From the NCBI GenBank assembly GCA_009930425.1, contig RZYE01000001.1, positions 1 to 63,537 of the forward strand: DNA of 63,537 nt, read 5' to 3'. The first letter of the stretch is position 1. Each line of letters begins with the position of its first letter. Below the pieces are notes generated by a model. That model was not told where the DNA came from. It saw only the letters and a program-made list of their open reading frames with translations, and did not search any database. This document shows positions 9,467-18,491 of the stretch, piece by piece. The stretch is from Actinomycetota bacterium (GTDB taxonomy: Bacteria; Actinomycetota; Actinomycetes; Actinomycetales; Actinomycetaceae). A program made the translations under genes and the position numbers.

Positions 9467-10219
9467 ATGAGGATCTGCGGGCGCTGCGGCGCGACGGTCA
9501 CGGCAGACCGTTGCGGCCTCTGCGGCGCGCCGGCCTCCGACGCTCAGCCGGCACCCGCCGCCCCGAGGACCGCAACCCGCCCCAACCCGGCGGCAGGCCT
9601 CCCCTCTCCCTCGGTTACGGCGAGCCGTCCCCCTGCGGTCCCGACGACGGCGCCTCCCCTCCCCGCGCCCGCCGCGCCCGCCGCCACCGCCTCCACGCCG
9701 TTGGCGGCGTCGACGGCGACAAGCGCGAGGCGTCCACCGATCGCCATGATCGCAGGCGCCGCCGTCCTGACCGTCGCCCTGGTGGCGGGCTGGGCCCTGA
9801 CCCGTGACCAACCCGGGCAGCCGGTAGCCGCGCCATTCGGCTCCACCGGAACGGAGGGCACGACGCCCGCATCAGGCGCGGGGGCCACGGCCGCGCAGTC
9901 CCCGGAGACCTTCCCGGACGTGGTGGTCCCACCGGGATCCAAGGAGTGCGGCCGGTTCGGAAGCGGGCCCCTCGCGGCAGTCGGCACCGCCAACGAGACC
10001 ACGAGCTGCCCGTTCTCCCTCAACGTCCACACCGAGTACCTCGCGTCCGGCCTGGACGGCACGCCAGGGCAGGTCACCGCGTGGTCCCCCGTGACGGAGA
10101 AGTGGTACACCCTCGATTGCTCCGGATCGCAGCCGGTGCTGTGCACGGGTGGAGTCGCCGCGCGGGTGATCCTCTACGGCGGGAGCCTGGTGATCTCCGC
10201 GGACGCGGCGGAGTGGTGA
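9467..10219 (+). CDS. Zinc-ribbon - Pro-rich linker - TM - Cys-containing ectodomain protein
   Basis: Internal ATG of track ORF 9374..10219. MRICGRCGATVTADRCGLCG (CxxC...CxxC) is followed by a Pro/Ala-rich stretch and the TM helix IAMIAGAAVLTVALVAGWAL. A ~130-aa C-terminal domain carries four Cys. Confidence 0.7.
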   Translation: MRICGRCGATVTADRCGLCGAPASDAQPAPAAPRTATRPNPAAGLPSPSVTASRPPAVPTTAPPLPAPAAPAATASTPLAASTATSARRPPIAMIAGAAVLTVALVAGWALTRDQPGQPVAAPFGSTGTEGTTPASGAGATAAQSPETFPDVVVPPGSKECGRFGSGPLAAVGTANETTSCPFSLNVHTEYLASGLDGTPGQVTAWSPVTEKWYTLDCSGSQPVLCTGGVAARVILYGGSLVISADAAEW

Positions 10220-10228
10220 GGAGCTGGG

Positions 10229-13200
10229 ATGTCCGCTGACGATCGGCAGCGCCGGGGGCGCCGGATCCACGTCGAGGGCGTGGGCTCCAACTGGGAGGCG
10301 CCGAGCCCACCGGCAGGCACGCCACGCCCACCGGGAAGCCCGACGACGCCGCGCACCCAGGACAACCCCGCCAACCCCCACCGGCCGCTCATGCCGCCCG
10401 ATCACGGTCGCGACGCCGCCGGTCGCCCTGCCACCGGCTCCCGGCCTGCCACCGACTCGCTCGCTGGCGCGGCCGCCGCGCACCGCGTCGAGGCGGAGCG
10501 CGCCAACGTCCAGCAGCGGATGACCTCGATCGCCCGCCGGCTCACCGCCCTGCGGACCGCGCTTCCGGACCTGCGGGAAGCCGAGATCGCCGCCGCCGAG
10601 GACAAGGTCATCGCCATGCGCGCCGACGCCGAGGCCAGGCGTGCCGACGCCGTCGCGGCAGCCGAACGGATCCACCTCTCAACCCTCACAAGCACGAGCG
10701 ATCGGCTCCGTGCCCTCGTCGCCGAGCTCGCCCCGGGTCCGGCCGCAGCGGACTTCACTGCCCCCGACTTCACCGCCCAGGAAGGCCCGCCCACCTCCAC
10801 CGCCCCCGCGAGACACACCCGCTTCGGCCACCTGGGCGAGGCCCCGAGCACGGTCCCGGCTGTCGCGCCACTCATCGACCACCCGGGCTGGTACGTGTCC
10901 GCACCAGACCGGCAGGGAGTCGACCTCGCGTTCGCCGCCACGGTGCGGGTCCTCGCGCAGGCCCCGGTCAAGCACGTCGTGGTGGACGTCTTCGACCCAC
11001 GCCTCACCGGCGCGTTCGGCCGCCTCGCCCCGCTGCGGGCCGTCAATGGCGCCACGTTCCCGATCCCTGCCTCGGACGCGCGGTCCTTCGCGGACCGGCT
11101 CGGCTCAGTCCTGGACGTCGCTGTCCGGAACGTCGAACTCGTGGTGGCCAACGGCGCCCGATCGCTGACAGACCTGTGGCGTCGGCAGGGCATCCCGGAG
11201 GGGACGCTTCGGCTCGTCGTCGTCCTCGGGTACCCGTACGGCGTGGACGGCCCGCTGCACGAGCTGCTCGTCCGCACCGCGTCCGCGGCCGGCATGTCCG
11301 GAACCACGCTGCTCGTGGTCGAGGACCCCGGCGCCCGGGCCGCCCAGGACGTCTCCCCGGACCAGTTGCGGCAGGCGCTCCACCGGATCTCCGCGTCCGA
11401 CGGCGCTTGGCTCGCGGATGGCTTCCCCCTCCCCGTGACACCCGACGGCGCAGCCCCCGACTCCGTCGTCGCCGCCGTCCTCGGCAACGCCTCCGAGGCG
11501 GCGCGCTCAGTCACCGGGCCGGTGGTCCCGCTGCGAGGCCTCCTCCGCAGCGACCTCGAGAACCCGTGGTGCCACGACTCCGCCGAGTCGCTGGAGGCCG
11601 TGATCGGGGAGGCGAACCGGCAACCCCTCGAGCTGTCGCTGCGGACCGAGAACCCACCGCACCCGAACGTGCTCATCGGCGGCGCCGTCGGGCAGGGGAA
11701 GTCGAACCTCCTCCTCGACATCATCTACTCCCTCGCCGTGAGATACGGCCCGGACCAGCTCGAACTCCACCTCCTCGACTTCAAGCGCGGCCTCGAGTTC
11801 AAGCGCTTCGACGCCGGCCCGGACGGCACGGGCTGGCTCCCCCACGTCCGCGTCCTCAGCCTCGAGTCCAACCAGGAGTTCGGGATCGCGGTGCTCCGGC
11901 ACATCGACGAGGAGATGGTCCGCCGTTCGCACCTGTTCAAGGCGGCGGGCGCCAACTCGATCAACGCCTACCGGGAGGAGACCGGGCAGGTCCTCCCGCG
12001 CGTCCTCCTCGTGATCGACGAGTTCCACATCCTGTTCGAGGGCGAGGACGAGATCGTCGAGCAGGCGGTGGAGTTGATGGACCGCCTCGCGAAGCAGGGC
12101 CGCGCCTACGGCATCCACCTCCTGCTGGCCTCCCAGACCACCTCGGGCGTCAGGGGCCTGGCGCTGAAGGGCGACTCGATCTTCGCCCAGTTCCCGCTGC
12201 GGATGTCGCTGAAGAACACCCCGCAGGAGTCACAGGCGATCCTCTCGGAGGGAAACAAGGCGGCAGCGGACCTGACCTACCGCGGCGAGGTCATCCTCAA
12301 CCGGAACTACGGGTCGGACCCCGCCGGCTCGAACATCCGCGGCATCGCGGCCTTCGCCGAGCCCGAGGACATGTCCTCCATCCAGCGAGCCCTCTGGGAA
12401 CGCTCCGCCGGGGCCCCGCCGCTGGTGTTCGCAGGCCGGGACTACGCCCGCTGGGACGAGGACCAGTTCACCGCCCACCGCGCCGCCTCCGCCGAGTCCG
12501 CCGACGACGGCGCGCTCACCCTCTGGGTGGGCCGTCCCATCGCGATCACGTCCGAGCCGTTCACGCTCACGCTCGAGGCAGACGCGGACCAGGCGGTCGC
12601 GGTCGTCGGCCCGGGAGGCGAGGTGGCTGCAGCGGGGCTGCGATCCATGACCCTGACCGCGTGCCACTCCCTCGCACCGCGGGGCGGCTCGCTCGTGATC
12701 CTCGACGGCCTCGGCACGGCCGGCTGGACCGCCGAGGTGATGGCCCACGCCCAGGACCTCGGGATGGAGACCTGGGTCGTCGAGCGGGACCACATCGCAG
12801 CGTGGCTGCGCACGGAACTGCCCGGCCGGCTGGCCGAACGCCGGGCGAGCGCGCCGATGCTGGTGCTCGGCCTGGGACTGCAACGCGCCCGCGAGATGGA
12901 CGTGAGCGACGCCGTCGACGAGGACTCGTTCGAGGCCTCCCCCACGGCGCGTGACCAGCTCCGCCGCCTCGCGACCGAGGGCGCGCTCGCGGGCGTGCAC
13001 CTCATCGGGTGGTGGTCGACCCTGCGCGCGCTCGAGGCGGACCTCGGGCCGATGCTGGAGGGGATCGCCCACGTGGTCACCGCTGACCTGGGACGCGACG
13101 AGCTCCGCTCGATCGCTGGGCCCACCGTGCAAAGGGTCTCCGGCAGTCCCCGGCTCGGGGTCCACAGTCGCGACGGCGAGGGCGCGCTCGTGACCGTGGT

Positions 13201-13243
13201 GCCGTTCGATCCGTACGGCCGGACCGGAGGAGGCAACGAGTGA
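10229..13243 (+). CDS. FtsK/SpoIIIE-family P-loop ATPase, soluble, apparently tri-modular with one intact module
   Basis: GAGGAG SD lies 5 nt upstream. Walker A GGAVGQGKS is at 11678-11704; Walker B is RVLLVIDEFHILF; the family motif is GIHLLLASQT. Flanking modules look degenerate (HVVVDVFDPRL...; AVAVVGPGGEVAAAG). The N-terminal ~130 aa are disordered or coiled-coil. No TM helix. Confidence 0.85.
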   Translation: MSADDRQRRGRRIHVEGVGSNWEAPSPPAGTPRPPGSPTTPRTQDNPANPHRPLMPPDHGRDAAGRPATGSRPATDSLAGAAAAHRVEAERANVQQRMTSIARRLTALRTALPDLREAEIAAAEDKVIAMRADAEARRADAVAAAERIHLSTLTSTSDRLRALVAELAPGPAAADFTAPDFTAQEGPPTSTAPARHTRFGHLGEAPSTVPAVAPLIDHPGWYVSAPDRQGVDLAFAATVRVLAQAPVKHVVVDVFDPRLTGAFGRLAPLRAVNGATFPIPASDARSFADRLGSVLDVAVRNVELVVANGARSLTDLWRRQGIPEGTLRLVVVLGYPYGVDGPLHELLVRTASAAGMSGTTLLVVEDPGARAAQDVSPDQLRQALHRISASDGAWLADGFPLPVTPDGAAPDSVVAAVLGNASEAARSVTGPVVPLRGLLRSDLENPWCHDSAESLEAVIGEANRQPLELSLRTENPPHPNVLIGGAVGQGKSNLLLDIIYSLAVRYGPDQLELHLLDFKRGLEFKRFDAGPDGTGWLPHVRVLSLESNQEFGIAVLRHIDEEMVRRSHLFKAAGANSINAYREETGQVLPRVLLVIDEFHILFEGEDEIVEQAVELMDRLAKQGRAYGIHLLLASQTTSGVRGLALKGDSIFAQFPLRMSLKNTPQESQAILSEGNKAAADLTYRGEVILNRNYGSDPAGSNIRGIAAFAEPEDMSSIQRALWERSAGAPPLVFAGRDYARWDEDQFTAHRAASAESADDGALTLWVGRPIAITSEPFTLTLEADADQAVAVVGPGGEVAAAGLRSMTLTACHSLAPRGGSLVILDGLGTAGWTAEVMAHAQDLGMETWVVERDHIAAWLRTELPGRLAERRASAPMLVLGLGLQRAREMDVSDAVDEDSFEASPTARDQLRRLATEGALAGVHLIGWWSTLRALEADLGPMLEGIAHVVTADLGRDELRSIAGPTVQRVSGSPRLGVHSRDGEGALVTVVPFDPYGRTGGGNE

Positions 13244-13782
13244 CCACCACCCATGATCCCGCCTTCAGCGAGTACCTCGAGGCGTTGGGTGCCCTCGTCG
13301 AGTTGCCCGGGCACCGGGACGAGTCGCTCGCGCAGGCGCGCCTGGTGGGCCGGGCCGAGGTGGACTCGGCGATGGCCGAGCTGCGTGACCTGCGCACCGC
13401 CCTCGCCAGCTGCGAGGACGACGTCGCACGGCTCACGTCCCGGATGGCGCGCCTGGGCGCGCGCACGCGGATGGACCTCGACGACGACGCACCACCCGAG
13501 GCGCCGGTCGGCAGCGTGGCCGAGGCCTGCCGCCTCGTGGAGGCCCTGCGAGCCGACCTGTCCGCGGCCGAGGGGGCCTGGAGCTGGGTGGAACGGGCCC
13601 TGCCGCAGCTCGAACGACAGCCGGATCCGGGACCGGTCGCCCCCGTGCCAAACGTGACGGGGCACGGCACCCCACCTGTCGCCGCGCAGGAGCCGCCCGG
13701 ACGTCCCGGCACCCGCGTGTGGGGTGTGCTCGCCGCAATCGCGCTCGTCCTCGCCGTCATCCTCGTCCTGTTGGTCCTCTGA
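13240..13782 (+). CDS. Coiled-coil protein with a C-terminal tail-anchor TM helix
   Basis: GTGA start/stop overlap with the FtsK-like gene. Helical heptad-like N-terminal part. The C-terminus is VWGVLAAIALVLAVILVLLVL. Confidence 0.6.
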   Translation: MTTTHDPAFSEYLEALGALVELPGHRDESLAQARLVGRAEVDSAMAELRDLRTALASCEDDVARLTSRMARLGARTRMDLDDDAPPEAPVGSVAEACRLVEALRADLSAAEGAWSWVERALPQLERQPDPGPVAPVPNVTGHGTPPVAAQEPPGRPGTRVWGVLAAIALVLAVILVLLVL

Positions 13783-13792
13783 GGGAGTCACA

Positions 13793-14251
13793 ATGCAGCA
13801 ATCACGCCAGCGCCGCCGCCTCGTGCAGCAGGAACCGCTGCCTGCCGTCCAGGCCAACGCGGTGACGCAGTCGGCCGCCGACTCCCTCGTGATGCGCAAG
13901 CGCAAGGTGCGGCGTTCGGCGGACCTCGTGCGCGCGATCACCCAGGTGGACGTCACCACAGACCCCGCCGCCCAGCGTGAGCTGATGGAGTGGATCGAGG
14001 GCGCCTACGCCGAACGAGGCAGCGGCGTGCTGATCGGCCTGTTCAGCCACTGCTACCTGGGGCATCCGTACGTCGACCACCAGCTGGACCTCTCCGGCCG
14101 GATCATCACGCACTTCACGGCCTCCGATACCGTCCCACCGGGCTTCGACCTTGCCCGGCCGCTGGCCCGCTCGACCGCCTACGCCTTCATCGAGGTGTAC
14201 GGGGACGGCCAGGTCGTACCGGTACGGAACGACGGCACGTCAGCAATCTGA
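13793..14251 (+). CDS. Hypothetical 152-aa protein with a His/Cys cluster
   Basis: ATG follows a GAGGGAG SD, 10 nt after the upstream stop. The SHCYLGHPYVDH cluster (HCx3Hx4H) suggests metal binding. No family recognised. Confidence 0.5.
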   Translation: MQQSRQRRRLVQQEPLPAVQANAVTQSAADSLVMRKRKVRRSADLVRAITQVDVTTDPAAQRELMEWIEGAYAERGSGVLIGLFSHCYLGHPYVDHQLDLSGRIITHFTASDTVPPGFDLARPLARSTAYAFIEVYGDGQVVPVRNDGTSAI

Positions 14252-14276
14252 AGCAAGGAACAAGGAGAAACACCGA

Positions 14277-16025
14277 ATGACTGAAACCGTACGAATCGAC
14301 TTGTCGCCACTCGTCCGTGAGATCGAGGGCATGGGTCGCGTCCTCGGCAGGGCCATCGAGGAGGTCGGATCGGAGGTCGGCGTCGTCAGGCGTGACATCC
14401 GCCTGACCAGCGACGAACTGCAGCAGCTCCGCAAGGAGTTCGAGAACTACGTGCAGCAGGCCACCCGCACCGCCGCCGTGCAGCAGTCGGAGGTCCGGGT
14501 CGGCAACCTGAAGAGCCAGCTCGACCGCGAGTTCGGGCACCACTCCATCGTGCGGCGCACCTCAGTGGGCCTCCTCCAGGCCTTCGACATCGGCAACGTG
14601 TCCAACACGACTGCCACGTCGGTCGCCGAGGAGCTGATGATCCAGACACCTCGGTACTGGCTCGCGCCCGTACTCGTGGCCCTCGCCGCCTGGTCCCACG
14701 ACAACGAGGAAATGGCCGAGAAGTCTGTCCAGGAGGCGTACTCACGGGACAAGAACAAGACCAGCCTGTTCTTCGCGCTCGTGCTCAGGAGGCAGGGACG
14801 GCAGGAGGCCGCGGTGCGGTGGCTGCGGCACTACCTCACCTCCCTCGACCCGGCCGCCCTGACCCGCGAGTTCGCCATCATCCTCGAGGCCACCTCACAC
14901 GACGCGTTCGGCACCTCCGGACAGGCGGTGCTGAGTGAGGTCATGGACACCTGGCGAGAAGAGTTGCGGAGCCGGCAGGAGATCGTCGAGTCCCAGATCC
15001 AGCAGTGGGCCGGAGAGATCGGCATGCACCGCCAGATCCTCGCCCGCTCGGCCTATCCCACCCTCGAAACCCTGGCCTCGGAGTGGACGTGGATCAAGCG
15101 CCAACTCGAGTCCGCGTCCGCGCTTCCGGAGGTGATCGACAAGTACGAGGCGATCCGAGAGTTCGACTCCCCCCTTCCCCGCGTCCTTGAGGACCTGCTG
15201 GACGACATCCTCGACCGGCTGGTCACCGACTATGACGAGGAGGAACTGCCACTGCGCCGCGAGGTGGTCTTCCACGAGGCCGTCGTGGAAGAGGCCGGAG
15301 ATCTCGACCGTGCCCGGGCGCGTGCCGACCTGGTGCAGGAGGCGCTCGAGGAGACCACCGACGTGGTGTCCCTCCAGACGAGCGCCGCAATCCACCCCGA
15401 GACCATCGGCGTGAGCACCCAGACGCAGCGCATCGCCATCGGGCTCGGGCAGGACGACTTCCGGACCGCGGTGGGACGGTACTGCGCCGCGTACCGCGGA
15501 GAGGCCATCTCCACCGTCACCTACACCTTCGGGTCCGGCCACTCCAACTACGCGAAGACCTACGGCTTCAAGGGGTGTTCGGTCCGCTCCGACACCCCGG
15601 AGGAGACGGGCATCGACCGCATCACGCAGACATGGATGGACACCCTGCGCGAGCACATCCAGAACATCTCGTTCAAGAACTCCTGGTACACCAAGCCCTC
15701 GATCATCGCCGGTGCCATCGCCCTCCTCCTGCTGCTCATCCCCGCCTTCCGCGTGGCCGGAGTGGTCGCGCTGATCATCGGCGCCGGCATCGTGTACTAC
15801 CGAGGCGAGCAGGAGAAGAAGAGGTGCGCGCAGGCGGTGCGAGCGGTCGAGCAGGTCCGCCAGCAGGCGATCGACCACTCCATCTCCCTCTACCGGGACG
15901 CGAACGCACAACTCGTGGACGCGATGCTCGTCTACGAGGAACTGGATGCCCAGGAGTCCGACCTCCTGCGGCTCATCGAAACCTGGCCGACCGCGAAGAG
16001 CACGATCGAAGGAGCAGTCCTGTGA
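14277..16025 (+). CDS. Hypothetical 582-aa helical protein with a C-terminal TM hairpin
   Basis: ATG follows an AAGGAG SD. The amino-acid composition is coding-like. The C-terminal KPSIIAGAIALLLLLIPAFRVAGVVALIIGAGIVYY forms two TM helices. No family recognised. Confidence 0.7.
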   Translation: MTETVRIDLSPLVREIEGMGRVLGRAIEEVGSEVGVVRRDIRLTSDELQQLRKEFENYVQQATRTAAVQQSEVRVGNLKSQLDREFGHHSIVRRTSVGLLQAFDIGNVSNTTATSVAEELMIQTPRYWLAPVLVALAAWSHDNEEMAEKSVQEAYSRDKNKTSLFFALVLRRQGRQEAAVRWLRHYLTSLDPAALTREFAIILEATSHDAFGTSGQAVLSEVMDTWREELRSRQEIVESQIQQWAGEIGMHRQILARSAYPTLETLASEWTWIKRQLESASALPEVIDKYEAIREFDSPLPRVLEDLLDDILDRLVTDYDEEELPLRREVVFHEAVVEEAGDLDRARARADLVQEALEETTDVVSLQTSAAIHPETIGVSTQTQRIAIGLGQDDFRTAVGRYCAAYRGEAISTVTYTFGSGHSNYAKTYGFKGCSVRSDTPEETGIDRITQTWMDTLREHIQNISFKNSWYTKPSIIAGAIALLLLLIPAFRVAGVVALIIGAGIVYYRGEQEKKRCAQAVRAVEQVRQQAIDHSISLYRDANAQLVDAMLVYEELDAQESDLLRLIETWPTAKSTIEGAVL

Positions 16026-16294
16026 GCGAGAATGACACCACCCTCATGACCACGCCGGCCGAGGACGGCGCTCCGACCGTCGTCGTGCGCCGTCCACGCA
16101 GCAGCGGGAAGTTCGTCCCGCGGAGCACACCCACCCCCGATTCCGACGAGGTCATCATCGGGCGCAACCTGCTCACCTCACGAAACCGCGACGGCAAGGA
16201 GCAGACGCCGCGGGAGCGGCGGATCGCGGGCGACTTGCCGGCGTGGGAGCCGCTTCCACCCGGCGAGTTGTTCGTCAGGCGGGGCCGTCACTGA
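16022..16294 (+). CDS. Small (about 90 aa) disordered basic protein
   Basis: An in-frame GTG overlaps the upstream stop (GTGA). An alternative ATG lies at 16046. Placement inside a coupled operon is the only support. Confidence 0.4.
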   Translation: MSENDTTLMTTPAEDGAPTVVVRRPRSSGKFVPRSTPTPDSDEVIIGRNLLTSRNRDGKEQTPRERRIAGDLPAWEPLPPGELFVRRGRH

Positions 16295-16296
16295 CC

Positions 16297-16935
16297 GTGC
16301 ACCCGAATCCCCGACTGCAGGGCTCCAGCCCGTACGAGACCTGGGTGATGACGATGCGGGCGTGGGAGGCCGACCCGACCACCCCGCTCGATCACCTTCC
16401 CGTCCTGACGGACGAGACGTTCACGCCGGAGACCTTCTCCCGCCTCTTCGCACACGTGCTGAAGGCCATGCAGGCGGTCTCGGACCGGTGGCAGCATCTG
16501 CTCGTGCAGGCGTGGGCGACGTCGTCGAACTCCTTCGAGTTGGGGCGCGAACTCGTCCAGTTGCGAGCGACCCTCTCGCGCCGGCTGCAACTGGCAGGAC
16601 ACCCGTCGCTCCCGGAGAAGGCTCGCGAGATCCTGCTTCGGGACACTCGGGCGGCGATCTCGAGGTACCAGCGGGACCTCGAGGACAACGTCCGACGCCT
16701 CCACTCCTCGGGACACGTGGACCGCAAGGAACTCGACCGGATGCTCATGGTGGTTCGGGAGAACTCGTTCGAAGGCCTCCTGACCTACAACGTCAGCCAC
16801 GACGGGAGCCGGGCCATGGCCGCTCCGCTGCCGCCCCCGGGACCGCACCACCACGAGCCCACCACCATCCGCGCCACCAGGTGGGACCACCGCCGCGTGG
16901 TTCCCCTCCCCTCCGAAGAGAGCCAGACCCCCTGA
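16297..16935 (+). CDS. Hypothetical helical protein (about 212 aa)
   Basis: The GTG at 16297 lies 2 nt after the upstream stop; alternative starts are at 16345 and 16348. The stop overlaps the AAA+ start (TGATG). Composition is helical and no family is recognised. Confidence 0.55.
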   Translation: MHPNPRLQGSSPYETWVMTMRAWEADPTTPLDHLPVLTDETFTPETFSRLFAHVLKAMQAVSDRWQHLLVQAWATSSNSFELGRELVQLRATLSRRLQLAGHPSLPEKAREILLRDTRAAISRYQRDLEDNVRRLHSSGHVDRKELDRMLMVVRENSFEGLLTYNVSHDGSRAMAAPLPPPGPHHHEPTTIRATRWDHRRVVPLPSEESQTP

Positions 16936-18482
16936 TGCCAAACCAGGCCGAGACCCAAGAGATCGTCCACCGCTACCTGAGCGCGCGGGTGCCGCTCATC
17001 GTCATCCGCTCGATCGAGCCGAACCGGGCGATGAGCATCCTCACCTCCTGCGCGTCACGGCTGCGCTCGATGTCCTACTACGAGCACTCCCGCACCGAAG
17101 GCCTGCGGGAGCTGCTGAGTGGCCACAACCTGGTGGACGAGACCTCATTGACGGTGGCGCTCGAGCACGCGCGCACCACCTTCAAGTCCAGGACGAACGT
17201 CAACTTCGTGTTCACGGACGTCGAGGACCTCGACCAGGAGAGTTCCACCTCACGGCACTTCGCCGAGATGGTGCGACTGGCGGAATCGCGGCAGGGAACG
17301 ATCGTCCTGGTTGTCTCGAACCCCGTCTGGAACGGTCTCGGGCGGCTCGGGATGAGCGTGGTGCTCGACCTGCCCACCACGGACGAGCTCGCGGAGGTCC
17401 TCGGCGGCATGGTGGATGACCACCGGGGAGTGGTGCAGATCGAGTGGCAGTACGACGAGTTGCGGCGCGCGGCGGAGATCCTCTCGGGCATCACCGAGAT
17501 GGAGGCAATCAACGTGCTCGCCACCATGCTGGCAAAGGGGAGTCTCCACAACTCGGACCTCGCGGAACTCTCCACCTTCAAGGACCGCATCTTCGGGGAC
17601 CTGAACGGGGTCGAGCGCGTCCGGTTGAAGGAGGACTACAAGACGGGAGGTCTCCGCAACCTGCGGAAGTGGTTGGTGCACCGCGAGGTGCTCATGAACT
17701 CCGACCTGTCGCACACCACGCTGCGCCCCCCGAAGGGGGTGCTCCTGGTGGGCGTGCCGGGCTGCGGGAAGTCGCTCTCCGCCAAGGCGATCGCCTCCGA
17801 GTGGCGGCTCCCGCTGTACCGGCTGGACATGTCCGGGGTCCTCGGCATGTACGTCGGCCAATCGGAGAGCCGCCTGCGCGAGGCGCTCGAGACCGCCGAC
17901 CGGGTGGCACCCTGCGTCCTCTGGATCGACGAGATCGAGAAGGCACTGGCGACGGGTCCCGGGGATTCCGGGACCTCACGCCGGCTGATCGGGCAGTTCC
18001 TCTTCTGGCTGCAGGAATCGACCGCCAAGGTCTTCCTCGTGGCGACCTCCAACGACGTCAGTTCTCTGCCCCCCGAACTCCTCCGGAAGGGCCGGTTCGA
18101 CGAGATGTTCTTCGTTGACCTCCCCGATGAGGCCGACCGCGAGGAGATCCTCCGGATGTACTTCGAGAAGTACCTCCGGTACGACGTCCCACCGGACCTC
18201 ATGCGCCGCCTCGTGGAGGCCTCGGCAGGCTTCTCCGGCGCGGACATCGAGTCAACCGTGCACGACATGGAGGCGTCCCGGTTCGCCACTGGTCGGACCG
18301 GCCTCCCATCCGACGCCGAGTTGATGGCGTACTTCCAGAACGTCGTGCCCTTCAGCCAGACCAACGCCGAGGAGGTCGCCGCGATCCGGCAGTGGGGTCT
18401 CAGCCGCTGCGTGCCGGCTGGGAGCGCGCCGGCCGGAGGAACCCCTGGCACCAGCACGAGCCGCCGTGTCGTGATCGTGTAG
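16935..18482 (+). CDS. AAA+ ATPase, classical (Cdc48/FtsH-like) clade, with a P-loop-less N-terminal domain
   Basis: Walker A GVPGCGKS at 17751-17774. Walker B is CVLWIDEIEKA. VFLVATSNDVSSLPPELLRKGRFDEMFFVDLP is the second region of homology. The N-terminal ~230 aa (PLIVIRSIEPNRAMSIL...IVLVVSNP) look like a degenerate AAA-like module. Confidence 0.85.
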   Translation: MPNQAETQEIVHRYLSARVPLIVIRSIEPNRAMSILTSCASRLRSMSYYEHSRTEGLRELLSGHNLVDETSLTVALEHARTTFKSRTNVNFVFTDVEDLDQESSTSRHFAEMVRLAESRQGTIVLVVSNPVWNGLGRLGMSVVLDLPTTDELAEVLGGMVDDHRGVVQIEWQYDELRRAAEILSGITEMEAINVLATMLAKGSLHNSDLAELSTFKDRIFGDLNGVERVRLKEDYKTGGLRNLRKWLVHREVLMNSDLSHTTLRPPKGVLLVGVPGCGKSLSAKAIASEWRLPLYRLDMSGVLGMYVGQSESRLREALETADRVAPCVLWIDEIEKALATGPGDSGTSRRLIGQFLFWLQESTAKVFLVATSNDVSSLPPELLRKGRFDEMFFVDLPDEADREEILRMYFEKYLRYDVPPDLMRRLVEASAGFSGADIESTVHDMEASRFATGRTGLPSDAELMAYFQNVVPFSQTNAEEVAAIRQWGLSRCVPAGSAPAGGTPGTSTSRRVVIV

Positions 18483-18491
18483 GAGGCTCTC

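Noticed and set aside
10229-13243. FtsK-like gene as TraB of an actinomycete integrative/conjugative element
   Set aside because: No integrase, excisionase, replication gene, Nudix/Spd-type genes or att-like repeats were seen. The protein also lacks a TM segment.
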